Source of the DNA: Myxococcales bacterium
GTDB taxonomy: Bacteria; Myxococcota_A; Polyangia; Fen-1088
Direction of reading: 5' to 3'
Assembly (NCBI GenBank): GCA_022184915.1
Contig: JAGTJU010000001.1
Coordinates: 868,057-932,056 of the forward strand
DNA length: 64,000 nucleotides
Of this stretch, positions 18,896 through 31,000 are shown piece after piece (position 1 is the first letter of the stretch; each line of letters opens with the position of its first letter). The translations under genes were made by a program, and so were the position numbers. The notes under the pieces are model-generated. The model did no database searches and was not told the origin of the DNA. It saw nothing but the letters and a program-made list of their open reading frames with translations.

Positions 18896-21800
18896 ATGTG
18901 GGTAGTTTGCCGCCTGACGGGTGCCCACCGTAGTGGGGCCTTTTCACTCATCGTGACTTTTCCACATCTTCTACACCTGCTCCTCACGTCATTGGCCCTG
19001 TCCGTTGCGCCCGACGGAGGCTCCGGGCCGCCCGCGGACGGGGGGGCGGACGCCGGCGCGAACACTGAGCCCCAGCCCCCGAGGGGCGGTCTTGCCGTGC
19101 TCGTGTTTCGACAAGTCACGGGCGAGCGGAGGGTGGTCATGGAGGACGTGCAGGTCGACGTGCTCGCGCAGACCGGGCGAACCAACATGGATGGCGCCGT
19201 GCGCTTGGAGGTCCCCGCGGGGGCTTACCCTCTGCGCTTCAGCTTTGGTTCCGACACGTTCTCCCCCGGGAACCCAGACGCGCCTGTGCGAAGCCTCGAG
19301 ACGCTGCCGGTGAAGGTCGTAGACGGCGAGACCACCGAGGTGATTGCCACCTTCAGCTCAGACGGCCACCTCGTCAATCTTCTGGTCGAAGTGCCAAACG
19401 CCGACGCTATGGCCGCGGCGCGGCCTGTCTCGCTCGAGGGACCCAAAGGCACCATCGAGGGGGTGGTGCGCGCGGATCAGACGGGCGCATTCGTACAAGA
19501 TGCGTACATCTTCGTGCGCGGCGCTGCGCTCGAGGTCAAGACGGACGCCCAGGGACGCTTTCGCCTGAGTTTACCGCAGGGCCAGTGGTTCCTGTCTGTC
19601 GTTCACCCCCGCTACGCCACGGACGCCGCGCGCCCCGTGAGCGTCGAAGCCGAAGCGACCACCAGCCTCGAGGTCAGGTTGCTGTCTTCGGAGGTGGAGC
19701 TGGACGATTTCGTGGTGTCGACACCGCGGCTGCAAGGCGGCGTGGTGGCGGTCACGCACGAGCGGCGGGAGACCACCGAAGTGGCCGACGTGCTGGGCGC
19801 CGAGGCGATGAAGAAGGCGGGCGATAGCGACGCAGCGGGAGCCCTCAAGCGCGTGGCGGGGCTGACCGTGGTGGGCGGTAAATACGTCTACGTGCGGGGT
19901 CTCGGAGAGCGCTACTCGTCCGTGCTCTTGGACGGCAGCTTTTTGCCCAGTCCGGACCCCTCCCGCCGGGTGATCCCGCTCGATCTGTTTCCGATCGACA
20001 TTCTCGAAAGCGTGGTCGTGCAAAAGACCTACTCGCCCGATCTGCCGGGGGATTTTTCGGGAGGGCTCGTGCTGCTGCGTACCCGGGGCGTGCCCGAGGC
20101 GTTTTTCTTCAACGCCTCGTTGACCCTCGGTGGAAACTCACAATCCACCTTTAGGGAAGGCCTTGGCTATCAAGGCGGGTCGCTCGATCGTTTGGGCATC
20201 GACGACGGCACGCGCGCGTGGCCACGGCTCGTGCAGGAGGCGACCAACGGCGGGCAGGACGACATCGGCCGTGTGAGCCCCGACGAGCTGAGGGACGCCG
20301 TGTGGCGGTCCTTTCCAAACGTGTGGGACGCGCGTCCCTTCACCATGGGGCCGGACTACGGCGTGGACGTCTCAGTGGGCAGCCGGCTTGCCGCCCGCGG
20401 CAGCACTGTCATCGGCTACAGGCTCTACGCGGGCTACGACACGAACACGCGCTTTAGGAACGAGCTCCGCAAGACCTTCTCCCTTCAACCGGGAGGTCTG
20501 CAGGTTCTGGACACGACGGATCTGTCGTGGACGGCGAAGAACGTGTCCCTGACGTCCATGGGCGCCTTGTCTGCCGAGTTCGGTCGTAACCACAAGATCG
20601 GCGCCTTTGCGATGATCACGCGCAGAACGCAGGACAGCGTGCTCTTCCGTGAGGTCGACAACGTGGGCGAGCAGCGCATTGAACGCTGGACGATGCTGGA
20701 GTGGCTCGAGCGCGAGATGGCCAGCGCGCAGCTTCGGGGTGAACACAAGGTGGGGGGCGAAAAGGGGCTCGGTGTGGATTGGGCGGTCGCCTACTCGCGG
20801 GCCGCGCAGGCATTGCCCGATCGGCGCGAGACGAAGTACGCCCGGCTCGAGCGCGCGCAGAACGATCCCTTTGCGCTTTCGTTCGGAACCGCCACGGGCG
20901 GGCGCCCCGCGGTGCGCAGCTACGAAGAGTTCACGGAAGACGCCTTTAGCTACGGGCTCAACCTCGTGGCGCCGCTGCGCCTGGGCTCGCAGGTCGAGGG
21001 ACGGGCGAAGCTCGGGGCCTCGCGGAGCGAAGCCAAACGCGAGGTACGGATCAACCGTTACAACTACGTCATCACCAACTTTTTCGGTCTTTCACCGGAC
21101 ATTCTGGAGCGCACGAGCAATCCCTCGGTCGAAGCAAACCTCGTTCCCGGCGCGCTCGGACGGGGCCGCTGGGAGATCGTGGACGGGGGCCTCAACGTTG
21201 ACAACTACGACGGCTTTTACGACGTGACCGGCCTTTACCTGGCGGGTGAGCTCGATCTGGGAAAGCGAGTGAAGGCGCAGGGCGGCGTGCGCTACGAGGA
21301 CGCGTCGATCGAAACACAAACCTTCGGTCTCAGGGCCACTGACCAGCGAGCCGTCTCCCGGTTGTCCGATACCCCCATCCTTCCCGCCCTGACCCTCACC
21401 TGGCTCACTTCGGACAAAACGCAAGTGCGCGCGGCCTACAGCCAAACGGTGAACCGTCCGCAGCTCAAGGAGCTGTCCGAGAACATCTTCGTCAATCCGG
21501 AAACCAGGTTCGAGGAGCGCGGCAATCCGAACCTCGAGGTCGCGCGCATTCGCAACGTGGACGCCCGCTTCGAGTACTATCCTTCGGTCACGGAGACGGC
21601 GTCCGTTGCCGTGTTCTACAAAGACTTCGACAACCCCATCGAGCAGGTGATCTTGGGGGGAGGGGCAGACAGCGGCGGGGTGCGCACCTTCGCGAACGTG
21701 CCCGCCGCGTCCAACTTTGGCCTCGAGCTCGAAGGTCGGCACGACCTCGAACGATGGGCCGATTGGATGGAGGGCCTGACGGCCGTCGCCAACGTGTCCG

Positions 21801-22183
21801 TGATCCGGTCCGAGGTGAACCTGGGCGAAGCCATCGGCACGAACACGAGCCAAAATCGACCTTTGCAGGGCCAATCGCCGTGGGTCGTGAACGCCCAGCT
21901 CGAGTACGACGATGGCGAAGACTGGCTCTCGGCGGCGCTGTCGTTCAACGTCTTCGGCGCCCGGATCAGCGACGTGGGCAACAAAGGCCTGCCCGACATC
22001 TACGAAAAGCCCGCCCCGCTGCTCGACTTTACGAGTCGTCTCAACTTCGGAAGCCGTGGCGCCCTGAAGCTGTCGCTCCGGAACCTCATGAATCCGACGT
22101 TCCGCTTCGAGCAGGGAGAGGGCGTTCAGCGGGCCTACAAACTAGGCGTGTCCGGCTCGTTGACCTACGCACTTAGCTACTGA
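18896..22183 (+). CDS. TonB-dependent outer-membrane receptor with N-terminal carboxypeptidase-regulatory-like domains
   Basis: CarbopepD_reg-like segments (VRADQTGAFVQDAYIFVRG..., PQGQWFLSVVHPRYA). TonB-box-like DDFVVSTP. Plug domain (GLTVVGGKYVYVRGLGERYSSVLLDG). Long beta-barrel region ending in an aromatic residue. The start is uncertain; the ORF begins at 18806. Confidence 0.7.
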   Translation: MWVVCRLTGAHRSGAFSLIVTFPHLLHLLLTSLALSVAPDGGSGPPADGGADAGANTEPQPPRGGLAVLVFRQVTGERRVVMEDVQVDVLAQTGRTNMDGAVRLEVPAGAYPLRFSFGSDTFSPGNPDAPVRSLETLPVKVVDGETTEVIATFSSDGHLVNLLVEVPNADAMAAARPVSLEGPKGTIEGVVRADQTGAFVQDAYIFVRGAALEVKTDAQGRFRLSLPQGQWFLSVVHPRYATDAARPVSVEAEATTSLEVRLLSSEVELDDFVVSTPRLQGGVVAVTHERRETTEVADVLGAEAMKKAGDSDAAGALKRVAGLTVVGGKYVYVRGLGERYSSVLLDGSFLPSPDPSRRVIPLDLFPIDILESVVVQKTYSPDLPGDFSGGLVLLRTRGVPEAFFFNASLTLGGNSQSTFREGLGYQGGSLDRLGIDDGTRAWPRLVQEATNGGQDDIGRVSPDELRDAVWRSFPNVWDARPFTMGPDYGVDVSVGSRLAARGSTVIGYRLYAGYDTNTRFRNELRKTFSLQPGGLQVLDTTDLSWTAKNVSLTSMGALSAEFGRNHKIGAFAMITRRTQDSVLFREVDNVGEQRIERWTMLEWLEREMASAQLRGEHKVGGEKGLGVDWAVAYSRAAQALPDRRETKYARLERAQNDPFALSFGTATGGRPAVRSYEEFTEDAFSYGLNLVAPLRLGSQVEGRAKLGASRSEAKREVRINRYNYVITNFFGLSPDILERTSNPSVEANLVPGALGRGRWEIVDGGLNVDNYDGFYDVTGLYLAGELDLGKRVKAQGGVRYEDASIETQTFGLRATDQRAVSRLSDTPILPALTLTWLTSDKTQVRAAYSQTVNRPQLKELSENIFVNPETRFEERGNPNLEVARIRNVDARFEYYPSVTETASVAVFYKDFDNPIEQVILGGGADSGGVRTFANVPAASNFGLELEGRHDLERWADWMEGLTAVANVSVIRSEVNLGEAIGTNTSQNRPLQGQSPWVVNAQLEYDDGEDWLSAALSFNVFGARISDVGNKGLPDIYEKPAPLLDFTSRLNFGSRGALKLSLRNLMNPTFRFEQGEGVQRAYKLGVSGSLTYALSY

Positions 22184-22199
22184 GCTGCGGCCGGTGGGT

Positions 22200-22233
22200 G
22201 GCGCCAGGCGAAACCCTGTGGTCTGCCTGGCGC
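22200..22233. terminator. GC-rich hairpin between the convergent TBDR and lipoprotein genes (possible bidirectional terminator)
   Basis: GGCGCCAGGC - 15 nt loop - GCCTGGCGC. No U-tract. Confidence 0.35.
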
Positions 22234-22245
22234 TTCACCGTGTCC

Positions 22246-23979
22246 TCACTCGAGGACGAAGGGCATCTGGCAGTCGAAGACCGAGTTCCGAATCAGCAGA
22301 TCATTGCTGGGCATCGTGGGGCTTGGCACGTGGGCGAACGTACCCAGGTCGTCAACGTCGATGCAGCCCGTCTTTGCGCGCGAAAAGACAGAGTTCCAGA
22401 TCTGCACCTTCGTTCCGCGTCGGAGAAGCACGGTGCCACCGGCGAACACACCGGGCCCGGGATTGGCCGGCCCCAGGATGGTGAGGTTCGCGAGCAGAGG
22501 GAACGAGACAGGGGCACGTGCGCTGTTCGTTTCGTCGTTGTCCGCTTCGATCCCGAAGTCTCCGAAGACATCGGATTGCAGGACCACCACGTGTTGGGCA
22601 CCACCGCGCCAGCCTTGTCCCCAGTCGAGGCTGTCGTCCCCGTTCGAGGTCAGAACCACGTGCCCAATGAAGTCTGCCGAGCCAAAGTGCTCGACGCCGT
22701 CGTCGAAGTTTCGATGGACTTGCACGTAGTCGGTGAGCGTGCCTGAGCCCGTGCCGAAGTAGGAGATCCCGTTGAGCTCATTGCCGTTTCCATCGACGTC
22801 GAAGCCCGCGTGACGGACGATCACGTACTTGAGAGAGCCGCTCGCATCGCTGTCGTCGTTGCCACCGTAGCTGCCCACCTGGCCCTCCGCCTCGACGTCG
22901 CAGTTCGCGTCGTTTTCAGTGACGCACTCGTTGCTCTTGGCGCGCCCCATCAGAACGAGTCCGCCCCATTCGGCGGCGTTGGTGTCGATGGGTGTGGAGG
23001 GACTGCCGTCGAAGCGGCCTTTGAGTTGATCCTCGGAGGTCATGACGATGGGGTTTTCCTTCGTGCCGTTGGCCATGATCTTCGAGCCTCGGGTGATGGC
23101 CAGAGCTTGCCCCCGAAACCCAAAGATCAAGGTGCCCGCCTCGATCTCGAGGACGGCCGTTACACGGCTGGCCGGTGGGACGACGGTTGTACGTTGGTAG
23201 CCGTTGCCGATGCGCACGGGCATGGCCGCCAAGCGGTAAACGTTGTCGTTCGTGAGCTTGATCGTCCCAGCTTGCTCGAAGGAAGTCAGCTCACAGATGT
23301 CGTAGTCGCCGGCGGCCACGAACAGCTTGGCCTCGTCGTTCGTGAGAGGGCCGAAGGTTTGTGCGAACGACTGCGCAGCCAGCGTGGTGCCCGCGGGACA
23401 GGATTTGTTGGCCACGGGGGCGGTTGCCGTTGCGAGTGCGGTGTTGGGCTCCCCCTTCGCGAAGTCCCAAACCGCGCTGTTGCCGTTGATGCCGATGGTC
23501 CAGCCGTCTGTCCACGCGGGCTTTCCTGGCTCGAAGGCACCTACGTACGCCGTGTTGGTGAAGTACGCAGGAACGGGAAAGCCATTCCACATGGCCGGTT
23601 TGGTGAAGGCAGCGCCGGTAAGGGTGCTTCCCGCGCCAGGCTGTCCCTTGTTGTCGATCCCGGACGGGCCCACCCGGTTGGCCAACGTGGGGAGCTCCAA
23701 ATAGCTCTTCAATGACCAAGGATCTGCCATGGTTCCCGGGGCGCCGCCGGTTCCGCCCGAAGTGCCCCCCATGGGCGTTGGTGCAGGCCCTGTGCCTCCC
23801 ACCGGGACCATCCCCATGCCTCCCGTACCGGCAGGGACGCCCCCGGTGCCTGCAGGCAGGTTGCCCGTGTTGCCGGTGCCGCCCCCGTTCGAGTCACCAC
23901 CGCAGGCGACGGCCAGGACGGCGGCCGTGCCGACCCCCCCCGCCAAGACCATGAGTGTTCCAAGTTGTTTACGAATCAT
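22246..23979 (-). CDS. Secreted lipoprotein, hypothetical (Gly-rich linker then beta-rich domain)
   Basis: Lipobox LAVACGG. A 70-aa G/T/P-rich linker. No recognisable catalytic motifs. Convergent with the TBDR gene. Confidence 0.45.
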   Translation of the reverse strand: MIRKQLGTLMVLAGGVGTAAVLAVACGGDSNGGGTGNTGNLPAGTGGVPAGTGGMGMVPVGGTGPAPTPMGGTSGGTGGAPGTMADPWSLKSYLELPTLANRVGPSGIDNKGQPGAGSTLTGAAFTKPAMWNGFPVPAYFTNTAYVGAFEPGKPAWTDGWTIGINGNSAVWDFAKGEPNTALATATAPVANKSCPAGTTLAAQSFAQTFGPLTNDEAKLFVAAGDYDICELTSFEQAGTIKLTNDNVYRLAAMPVRIGNGYQRTTVVPPASRVTAVLEIEAGTLIFGFRGQALAITRGSKIMANGTKENPIVMTSEDQLKGRFDGSPSTPIDTNAAEWGGLVLMGRAKSNECVTENDANCDVEAEGQVGSYGGNDDSDASGSLKYVIVRHAGFDVDGNGNELNGISYFGTGSGTLTDYVQVHRNFDDGVEHFGSADFIGHVVLTSNGDDSLDWGQGWRGGAQHVVVLQSDVFGDFGIEADNDETNSARAPVSFPLLANLTILGPANPGPGVFAGGTVLLRRGTKVQIWNSVFSRAKTGCIDVDDLGTFAHVPSPTMPSNDLLIRNSVFDCQMPFVLE

Positions 23980-24001
23980 GTACGTCTCTCCTCGTGTTTA
24001 C

Positions 24002-24030
24002 GAAAAAAGGCCGCCCAAAAAGCGGGCGGC
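24002..24030 (-). terminator. Rho-independent terminator ending the long minus-strand operon (37.7 to 24.0 kb)
   Basis: On the minus strand, GGCCGCCC-GCTTTTT-GGGCGGCC followed by TTTTTT. Confidence 0.75.
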
Positions 24031-24057
24031 CCTGGTTGCTGGTCGTGAAGGGGAAGC

Positions 24058-25170
24058 TCAAACGGCGGGTGCCGGCCGAGCCCCTCTGCGCCGGGCCCAC
24101 AGATAAATCGTCAACGCCGCCACGGCACCGAGCAATGCCGCAAGCGCCACGAACACCTTCGGCGCCTGAAAGCGGGGAAACGCCCTCTCGAGCTCGGCGC
24201 GCATCGAAGCTTTCATTTGTGCAGACAAACCAAGCGCCTCCATGCGTCCGATGATCGCCTCGGCGCCGGCTTGATTTTTTTCGGCGAGTGCCAACGCCCA
24301 GTCGAAAGGCAAGAGGTTGGGGTCTGGAACGCCCTGGCTCCGCAGCTGCGCCACGCACCGGCCGAGCCGGGCCGCATCGTTGAGGCGTACGGCGAACCGG
24401 CACTCCAAAAATCCCACCTCGGTGGGCAAGTGCATCACGGGGGCGGGTTCGCTCGCGGCGCCTTCGAGCTTCTCGCGCACCTTCTTGAGTTGAAGAGCCT
24501 TGACCGCCTCGATGATCTCTTCGCGGCTGCGTTTTCTGGGGGGCTCGGCTTGCGCAAGGGCTTGCGCCGCCGGCGGGGCGGGCGAAGGGGCGGGCTCAGT
24601 CTTGCCGCTCAGTTTCGCTTTGAACGCCTCGAGGGAAGGCTGGGGGTTCGCCTTGAGATGCTCCTGCAGATGCGCGAGGCTGGCTTCGATGTTGTTGATG
24701 TCGCGGGGTCCGAAGCGCTTCGCCTTGAGCGTGTATTCCACGAAGCGCAGGTGATCCATGACCTTGGCGCCGGTCAGCGATACGGCCTTGCCGCAGTTTC
24801 CTGCCGCGATGTCGAAGTTTCCTAGCTTTGCGTACGCCAGACAAAGGCGGCTGAACGAGACCCAAGCCTCGGGCACGGCTGTTGCGAGCGCTTCGTAATA
24901 TTTGACGGCGCCGGACCAATCCGAGGCCTTGAAGGCTCCTTCCGCGCGCGCAGCCATGTCCTGAAGGAAGTACGCGAACTCGAGGGGATCGGCGTTTCGC
25001 TCTGCCACGGACGGAATGTTCGCCTTGGGATTGTCGTCGTTCACCTTCCACTTCGAGGCGAGATCGCCAGACGCAAGTGCCGGCTGTTCCGAGGCATGCG
25101 TTGCCGGGCCGAAGCCGGCGGCAAGCGCGCCGACGAGAAAAAAGAGAGAGAGCCTAAAGGGTCTTTGCAT
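24058..25170 (-). CDS. Secreted helical-repeat (TPR-like) protein with C-terminal TM anchor, hypothetical
   Basis: Signal peptide, helical repeat composition, C-terminal hydrophobic helix plus RRRGARP tail. Followed by a canonical terminator. Confidence 0.45.
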   Translation of the reverse strand: MQRPFRLSLFFLVGALAAGFGPATHASEQPALASGDLASKWKVNDDNPKANIPSVAERNADPLEFAYFLQDMAARAEGAFKASDWSGAVKYYEALATAVPEAWVSFSRLCLAYAKLGNFDIAAGNCGKAVSLTGAKVMDHLRFVEYTLKAKRFGPRDINNIEASLAHLQEHLKANPQPSLEAFKAKLSGKTEPAPSPAPPAAQALAQAEPPRKRSREEIIEAVKALQLKKVREKLEGAASEPAPVMHLPTEVGFLECRFAVRLNDAARLGRCVAQLRSQGVPDPNLLPFDWALALAEKNQAGAEAIIGRMEALGLSAQMKASMRAELERAFPRFQAPKVFVALAALLGAVAALTIYLWARRRGARPAPAV

Positions 25171-25194
25171 CTTCGCTTCCTGAAGGGGTGGTTG

Positions 25195-28068
25195 CTACCG
25201 AGAGCCGCAGGCCGCCACGCAGCGTGCGATGGTCTCCTCGCTCTGTCCTGACATCCTGAGCTCAGTCGCGTGACCATTGCTTACATAAAGGTGGCAGTCG
25301 GCAAGGATGTTGGCCATGTACCAGGACGCCGGACGTCCCGGGGCGGGCTCGACCCTGAAGTAGTCGTCAAAGATCGCAGCGTTTGTCGGTGTCATCGCAA
25401 ACTGCGATTCGTAGGCCTTTCGAGACTGTTCCGCGCATACGCCTTTGGGCACGAAGTTGGGGTCTTCGCACATCTCGTTGTCTTCCGGGGTAGGTCCGCA
25501 GTAGCAGGCTTGCGGTGAGAATCCGAGGCCGCAGCGCGAGTCCAGGAGGCAATTGAGAAGTGCGAGGCAAGGGGCATCGTTGAGACACCCAATGTCTCGC
25601 CCCAGGTCCTTCTCCAGAGGAACCCCGTTGAGCAGAGGCTTGCCGCACTCGCCTTCAACGAGACCGATGCACTCGACGCACGCGCTCACACCGATGCGTT
25701 GGCACTTATCGTCGCAAACGGTGCCGTCGGGTGGGTCGCACACCTCGCCCTCTTGAACGATGCCGTTTCCGCAGACCTTGAGCTGGCAGTCCTTGGCGCA
25801 CCCGCAGGCCATGGGGTTGGCCTGCGCCTCCGCCACACTGCACACGGGGCCTGTGGAAGGCGGGTCGCACGCCTCGAAGTCGGCCGTGACCACACCGTCC
25901 CCGCACACGAACTCGCTCTTGCAGGCCGCATCGCATCCGTCGCCGGGAGTGGTGTTGCCATCGTCGCACGCTTCTCCCCTTTGGCGGATGCCGTTTCCGC
26001 AGGCCAGAAGGAGACATTGGTCGTCGCAATCGGGAGTGCTGTCGCATTCCTCGAAGGTGCAACCGAGTCCCGTGGGCGTGATGCCGTCGCTGCAGGTATT
26101 GGGAGTCCTGCCCACCATGAGTGTGGTGTTGACATCGAACGCAAGCGGCCTCTCCTGCTTGATGCCGTTGCCGCAGGCGAGGGGGGATACGCAGTCGGCA
26201 GCGCACGCCTGGCCTTGGCACGAGAGGAGCTGACCAACCGCGGCCACGACGGGAAAGCGCGTGTCAGAGCCGCCGAACCGCTGCATGATCGTGAGAGGGT
26301 CCACCGTTTCGAGGGCTTGCTCAATCTGCGCACGGCAGCTTCCGTTGGCACGTCCGGGTTCGAGGCAACCGGGGCCCGCGCTGCCGCAGTAGCAGTTCTC
26401 GAGCCGGCTTTCGCCTGCGGGTATGGATATGCTCGACGTCAAGCTCGGCCGGGTCGAGATGACCGTCTTACCGTCGCACCCGGTGCGCATGATGCACTCT
26501 CTTAGCCCCTCACACAGTGAGGCTTTCGCGCGGCCTTTGGCGGGGCCCGCGGCGGCTACGCCTTCGAGGCCCAGGCAGGCGTCCATGCGCGGGCGGCACT
26601 CGGCGATGGCGCAGTTGTCGCACGCAGTCTTGTTGCGGCAGGTTGGGGTGCACGAACCCGCAGCGGTGAAGGAGGTCGCGGCCTCGTCACAGGCCTCGCC
26701 CAACTCCCGCTTGCCGTTGCCGCAATCGAACTCTTTGCCACACACGGGACTGCAGCCGTCGCCCGAGAGCAGATTCCCATCGTCGCAGGTTTCCCCGTCG
26801 TTCAGCTGGCAGTTTCCACAGTTGGGGAAGAGCTCGGTGATGTTGGCGCCGCGCAGAGTGACATCATCCCAAGAGGCGGACGCCGATGCCCCCGCGGGAG
26901 CCACCACGCCCAATTTGATGAGCAGCGACGCTGCGGGGGACGAGGCCGCGAGGCTGGTCGTATCGATGAGGCGGCTATAGGTGAGCCATGTGTCCGGCTG
27001 AGCGCTTGGCGAGCTGGCGGCTCCTGTACTGACCGGCCTGCCCGTGCAGGTTCCGTTCGAGAAGGCCTGAAGTACGGCGAAGGCTTTGGCGCCTGCGGGC
27101 TGCCCTGCGGCGTTGCGGTAGGCGGCGCGGAACTCCAGGAAGGCTCCGGGGGAAAAAGCCACACAGCGGGCGACGCCGTCCACGCTGAACGGGGGCAAAG
27201 TGCCTGCTGTAAAGGTCACCTTGACGCTGCCGGGGCTCTTGGCTCCTGCGCTCGGGTCATGTTGCGCCTGCACCGCGGGCCCTACGCTCCAGCCCGCCAG
27301 GTTCGTGTCGAAAGTGCTGTTGGGCACGATATTCTCATCGGGCGCACCTGCGTCCGCCGCCCCCGCATCGGGCGTGACCACGCAACCCGGCAGACCGGCA
27401 TCAGGCATAGTCGCGCCTGCGCGCTTGCAGGCCCCCACGCATGAGATGCCGTTGACCGGTTCGCATTCCTCTCCCAGCTCGGCGTTGAGCCTGCCGTCGC
27501 CGCAGAAGGGCTTGAGCTTGCAGGCCGCCGTGCATGTGGTGCTGGAACCGTCGGCGGCGCGGGGCCCCAGTCCAGGCTCGCATTCTTCTCCTGCGGTCGC
27601 GTCCAGGAGCCCATCGCCGCATTCCTTGCGGCAGGCGCGACAGCCGTCACCTGATGCGGTGTTGGCGTCGTCGCACTCTTCGCCCGGATCCAGCGTGCCG
27701 TTGCCGCAGGTCACGTTCAAAAGGCCGCAGGTCGCGCTGCAGACGCCGGCGGCCGGGGGATCGCACGACTCCGAGGGATCGACGATGCCGTTGCCGCAGG
27801 TCTCCACCTGGCACAGCGAGCTACATCCGTCGCCCGCCACGAGGTTGCCGTCGTCACAGGTCTCGGGAAGAGCCACGAGTCCGTCGCCGCAAATGGGCGC
27901 GGTGGGGTCGGGACAACCCGCGTCGCTACACCCGCCGTCTGGGATCTCCACTGAGACATCAACCGGGCTTTGTGCGGGGACGTTGTCGCCACAGGCGGCC
28001 AGTGCCCCCAAGGCGGCAAGCCACAAAACGTGACGCGTGCAGAAAAAGGTGTGAAGAGGGCGCTTCAT
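25195..28068 (-). CDS. Myxococcus-type cysteine-rich repeat protein (secreted, 957 aa)
   Basis: More than 15 copies of CGNG(x)D(x)GE(E/A)CD(D)GN..GDGC repeats (TIGR02232-like). Lipobox LGALAAC. Start trimmed to MKRPLHTFF. Confidence 0.75.
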   Translation of the reverse strand: MKRPLHTFFCTRHVLWLAALGALAACGDNVPAQSPVDVSVEIPDGGCSDAGCPDPTAPICGDGLVALPETCDDGNLVAGDGCSSLCQVETCGNGIVDPSESCDPPAAGVCSATCGLLNVTCGNGTLDPGEECDDANTASGDGCRACRKECGDGLLDATAGEECEPGLGPRAADGSSTTCTAACKLKPFCGDGRLNAELGEECEPVNGISCVGACKRAGATMPDAGLPGCVVTPDAGAADAGAPDENIVPNSTFDTNLAGWSVGPAVQAQHDPSAGAKSPGSVKVTFTAGTLPPFSVDGVARCVAFSPGAFLEFRAAYRNAAGQPAGAKAFAVLQAFSNGTCTGRPVSTGAASSPSAQPDTWLTYSRLIDTTSLAASSPAASLLIKLGVVAPAGASASASWDDVTLRGANITELFPNCGNCQLNDGETCDDGNLLSGDGCSPVCGKEFDCGNGKRELGEACDEAATSFTAAGSCTPTCRNKTACDNCAIAECRPRMDACLGLEGVAAAGPAKGRAKASLCEGLRECIMRTGCDGKTVISTRPSLTSSISIPAGESRLENCYCGSAGPGCLEPGRANGSCRAQIEQALETVDPLTIMQRFGGSDTRFPVVAAVGQLLSCQGQACAADCVSPLACGNGIKQERPLAFDVNTTLMVGRTPNTCSDGITPTGLGCTFEECDSTPDCDDQCLLLACGNGIRQRGEACDDGNTTPGDGCDAACKSEFVCGDGVVTADFEACDPPSTGPVCSVAEAQANPMACGCAKDCQLKVCGNGIVQEGEVCDPPDGTVCDDKCQRIGVSACVECIGLVEGECGKPLLNGVPLEKDLGRDIGCLNDAPCLALLNCLLDSRCGLGFSPQACYCGPTPEDNEMCEDPNFVPKGVCAEQSRKAYESQFAMTPTNAAIFDDYFRVEPAPGRPASWYMANILADCHLYVSNGHATELRMSGQSEETIARCVAACGSR

Positions 28069-28096
28069 GGCCAGGCTCGGATGATCTTCAGAAGTG

Positions 28097-31000
28097 TCAA
28101 CGTTTGCATTCATCGAACCCGATCTTCGGCTGCAGCTTCTTCTTCGTCATGCCATCGAGGAAGTAGTACGCCGCGACGCCTGCGTTCATGGCACCCCGTC
28201 GCGTCCAATCGTCGAGCAAGCGGGGAACCAGCGCACTCGACCTCGGCCAAAGTTGATGAACCCCCTTGTTGCCAAAGGCGCGTGCCAGCACCGGTGAAGG
28301 ACAAAACGGCATGTCCTTTTCGTCGTCGACGCCTGCAAGGCGAAAGTGCGAAACCGCACGTTGACGGTCTTCTTCGCTCTTCGGTGCCACGCACCAGGCG
28401 AAAAGGTTGTTGGCGTTGATGCCTTTCTCCACACGCCCGTCCAGGGTGCCTACGGGGTGGTTTTGCGGGTAGAGCCACTCTCCCTCTGGACTTTTCGCCA
28501 GATAGACACTTCCGGTCGGTTCCCTGAACAGGTCGGCTGCATTTTCGGTGGCTGCCGGAGACGGGAACGCCTCGGTGAACACCCGGACCGTGGGTGTATT
28601 TCTGAACCCGCAAAGGGAGGCCCAAAGTTCCAAGTGGCCTGAGTTTTCCACGAAGGGAACGATCGATCGGGCGTCCAGGTACATGCCGGTCGCTGCCGTG
28701 GCCGGATTGCGGAAGAACTTCACCTCCCACGGCAGATCCAGCACGCTTCGACAGAGTGCGCGTGCAGACTCGAGCATGTTGGCGTCCTTGACGTTGTCGC
28801 CCGCTTTGGGTGCAGAACCGTAAAAGGGGCTGGTCGATACGAGCCGCACGGCGATGGGAGGAATGGCACTCAGTGTTCCGCCCATGCCCATGAACACCAT
28901 GTAGCGCGCCAACCAATCGGCGGGCGTGCCGCCCCCCTTCGCCCCTTGGAACTCTGTGTGGGCGAACTGGCCCGGAGCGGCCACCGGGCCCAGCATGCCA
29001 TCGAGGAAGTTCGCCACCCTGACCCCACCGCCGGTGAGCTCGAGGATGGTGGCCGCCAAGGGACTGCGTGAATCGATGTCTCGTCCGTGGCAATTCTGGC
29101 ATGTGGCACGGAAGACAGCCTCACCGCGGCTTTGTTGATGAACCCTTCGGGCCCCGTCGCGCAGCGCGAACCGTGGGCCCTCCTTCGCGACCAGCCACTG
29201 GTAGCCGGGGGAAGGGGAACTCGACGCAAGCTCCGCCTGCCACGCGGACAGACGCTTGGAGGACGTAGACGCCTCCTGGCTCTCGCTGCATTCGGGCGCC
29301 CAGAAGCCCATGGGCAAAGACTCGGTTGCGAACCGTTCCTGTTCGCTGTCGAGGAAGAGCCCCTGGAGCATGTCGACCACCGTCGACACCTCAGGGGACA
29401 CGGGTACCGAGGGGCTGCGATCAACCAAGATATCTTTCCACTGAGAGCGGCGCGGCTTCCACACGTCTTTTCGATCCGTGGTGTCGACAACCACCCAGTG
29501 CGCGCGGTCGGGGACGGCATCGCGCAATGTGCCCTGCGCGGCGACGTTCACACGCGCACCGTTCAGCCGCCCCTCGTCGATGGGTGCTTTGCGCTCACCC
29601 TTGGCCACGCCGGGATCGACCGTGTCGTCGTCGTCAGGGCAGTGGCTGCCGGTCAAGCTGTTGCGGAAGCGCTGGAGGCGCAGCTCGGCCTCAGTCACTG
29701 CGTTTTGGTACCCATACGCCCGTCCATCCCTGTCAGGCAGCTTGTTGCCATCGCCCGCAACCACGTTCTCGTAGGGGAACTCGCCCTCCTTGACCTCCTG
29801 ATAGGGCTGCTCAAAGCCCGTGGCACCCTTTTTGTACTGCTCGTGTCCAGGCACGAGGATCGTATTTGTGACGGGATCGTTGACCGCCAACTTCTTGAGC
29901 TTCGGAATGCTGGGGATGCTCAGCATCCACTCGGCCATGATCGTCTGCGCCCGGCAGTCGTAGCCCGGTACGTTGCGGGGCATGTGAATGAAGAGCGTAT
30001 TGTCCTCCTCGTAGGTGAAGGGCGTATACACGTTCCTCCAAATGAGGCTTCGCCAGGGGCCATAGAACTTGAAAATGCCCTCGACCGGGTCGAGTTCATC
30101 CAGGTTCTGGCCGGGATTGTTGGAGCGGGGCCCCACGGGTGGAAGATAGTCGAGCGTGGGAAAGAGCTCGCGGGAGGTCAGCTCTCGAAGCGTCTTCGTG
30201 TTTGGCTTTTCCGTTTCGGAGCCGGTGAACCCGTCCGTCAGTTCGAAGTCGCCGATCGCAGGCGTAATGTAGGGGTGCCGAAGCGTTTGCAGGGGACCCA
30301 CCTTCGCCCGTGGCGAGTACTTTTCCAAAGGAAACTGGAACACTCCCCCCGTGGCGCTCGGGAAAAGATCGAAGTCCTTCAGCACGGGATTTTGCACGGT
30401 GGGAAACCCGGTTGGGTTGTGGCAAAACGCGCAGTTGCCCATCATGTAGCCTTGCGCCACCGCTTCGTATTTGTTGCGAGGCTTGCGTGTACCTTGCGAC
30501 TCCTCGAGTTTCGCCTCACCCGGAGCAATGCCCTCAATCACACCCCACTCGATGAGGCGCTGGAGCTGTTCGAGCTCGTCCGCAAAGGGAGGCTCGAAGA
30601 CCCCGCTCATCTCGTCGTCAGCCGATCGTCGATCGACATGCCAGGGGGTGAACCCGAGGATGAAGGAGTGATTCTGAGAGCCCATGTGGCATTCCACGCA
30701 GCGTTCGCGGCTGGGCAAGGGATAGTGTCGAATCTTCCCGGAGGCGGCGTTCGCCAGCTCATCGGACGTCATGTACGTGCACGTATCGCGGTTGGATTCG
30801 GGACTGACGGGGTTCTTGTCGGGATCGCGCGGGGCGCGTTCGTCCGTCACGTAGGGGCAGAGGCGATCGGCCCAGGGGTCTCCGCTCTCGAGCGGATCGA
30901 TGATTTTCCTCGCCATCTGCTCGTCTTTGTCCCACGCATAGATGACCATCAACGATCGCACCGCGTAGCGTCCGTCCGGGAGGAGCTCGTCGGGGCGGGA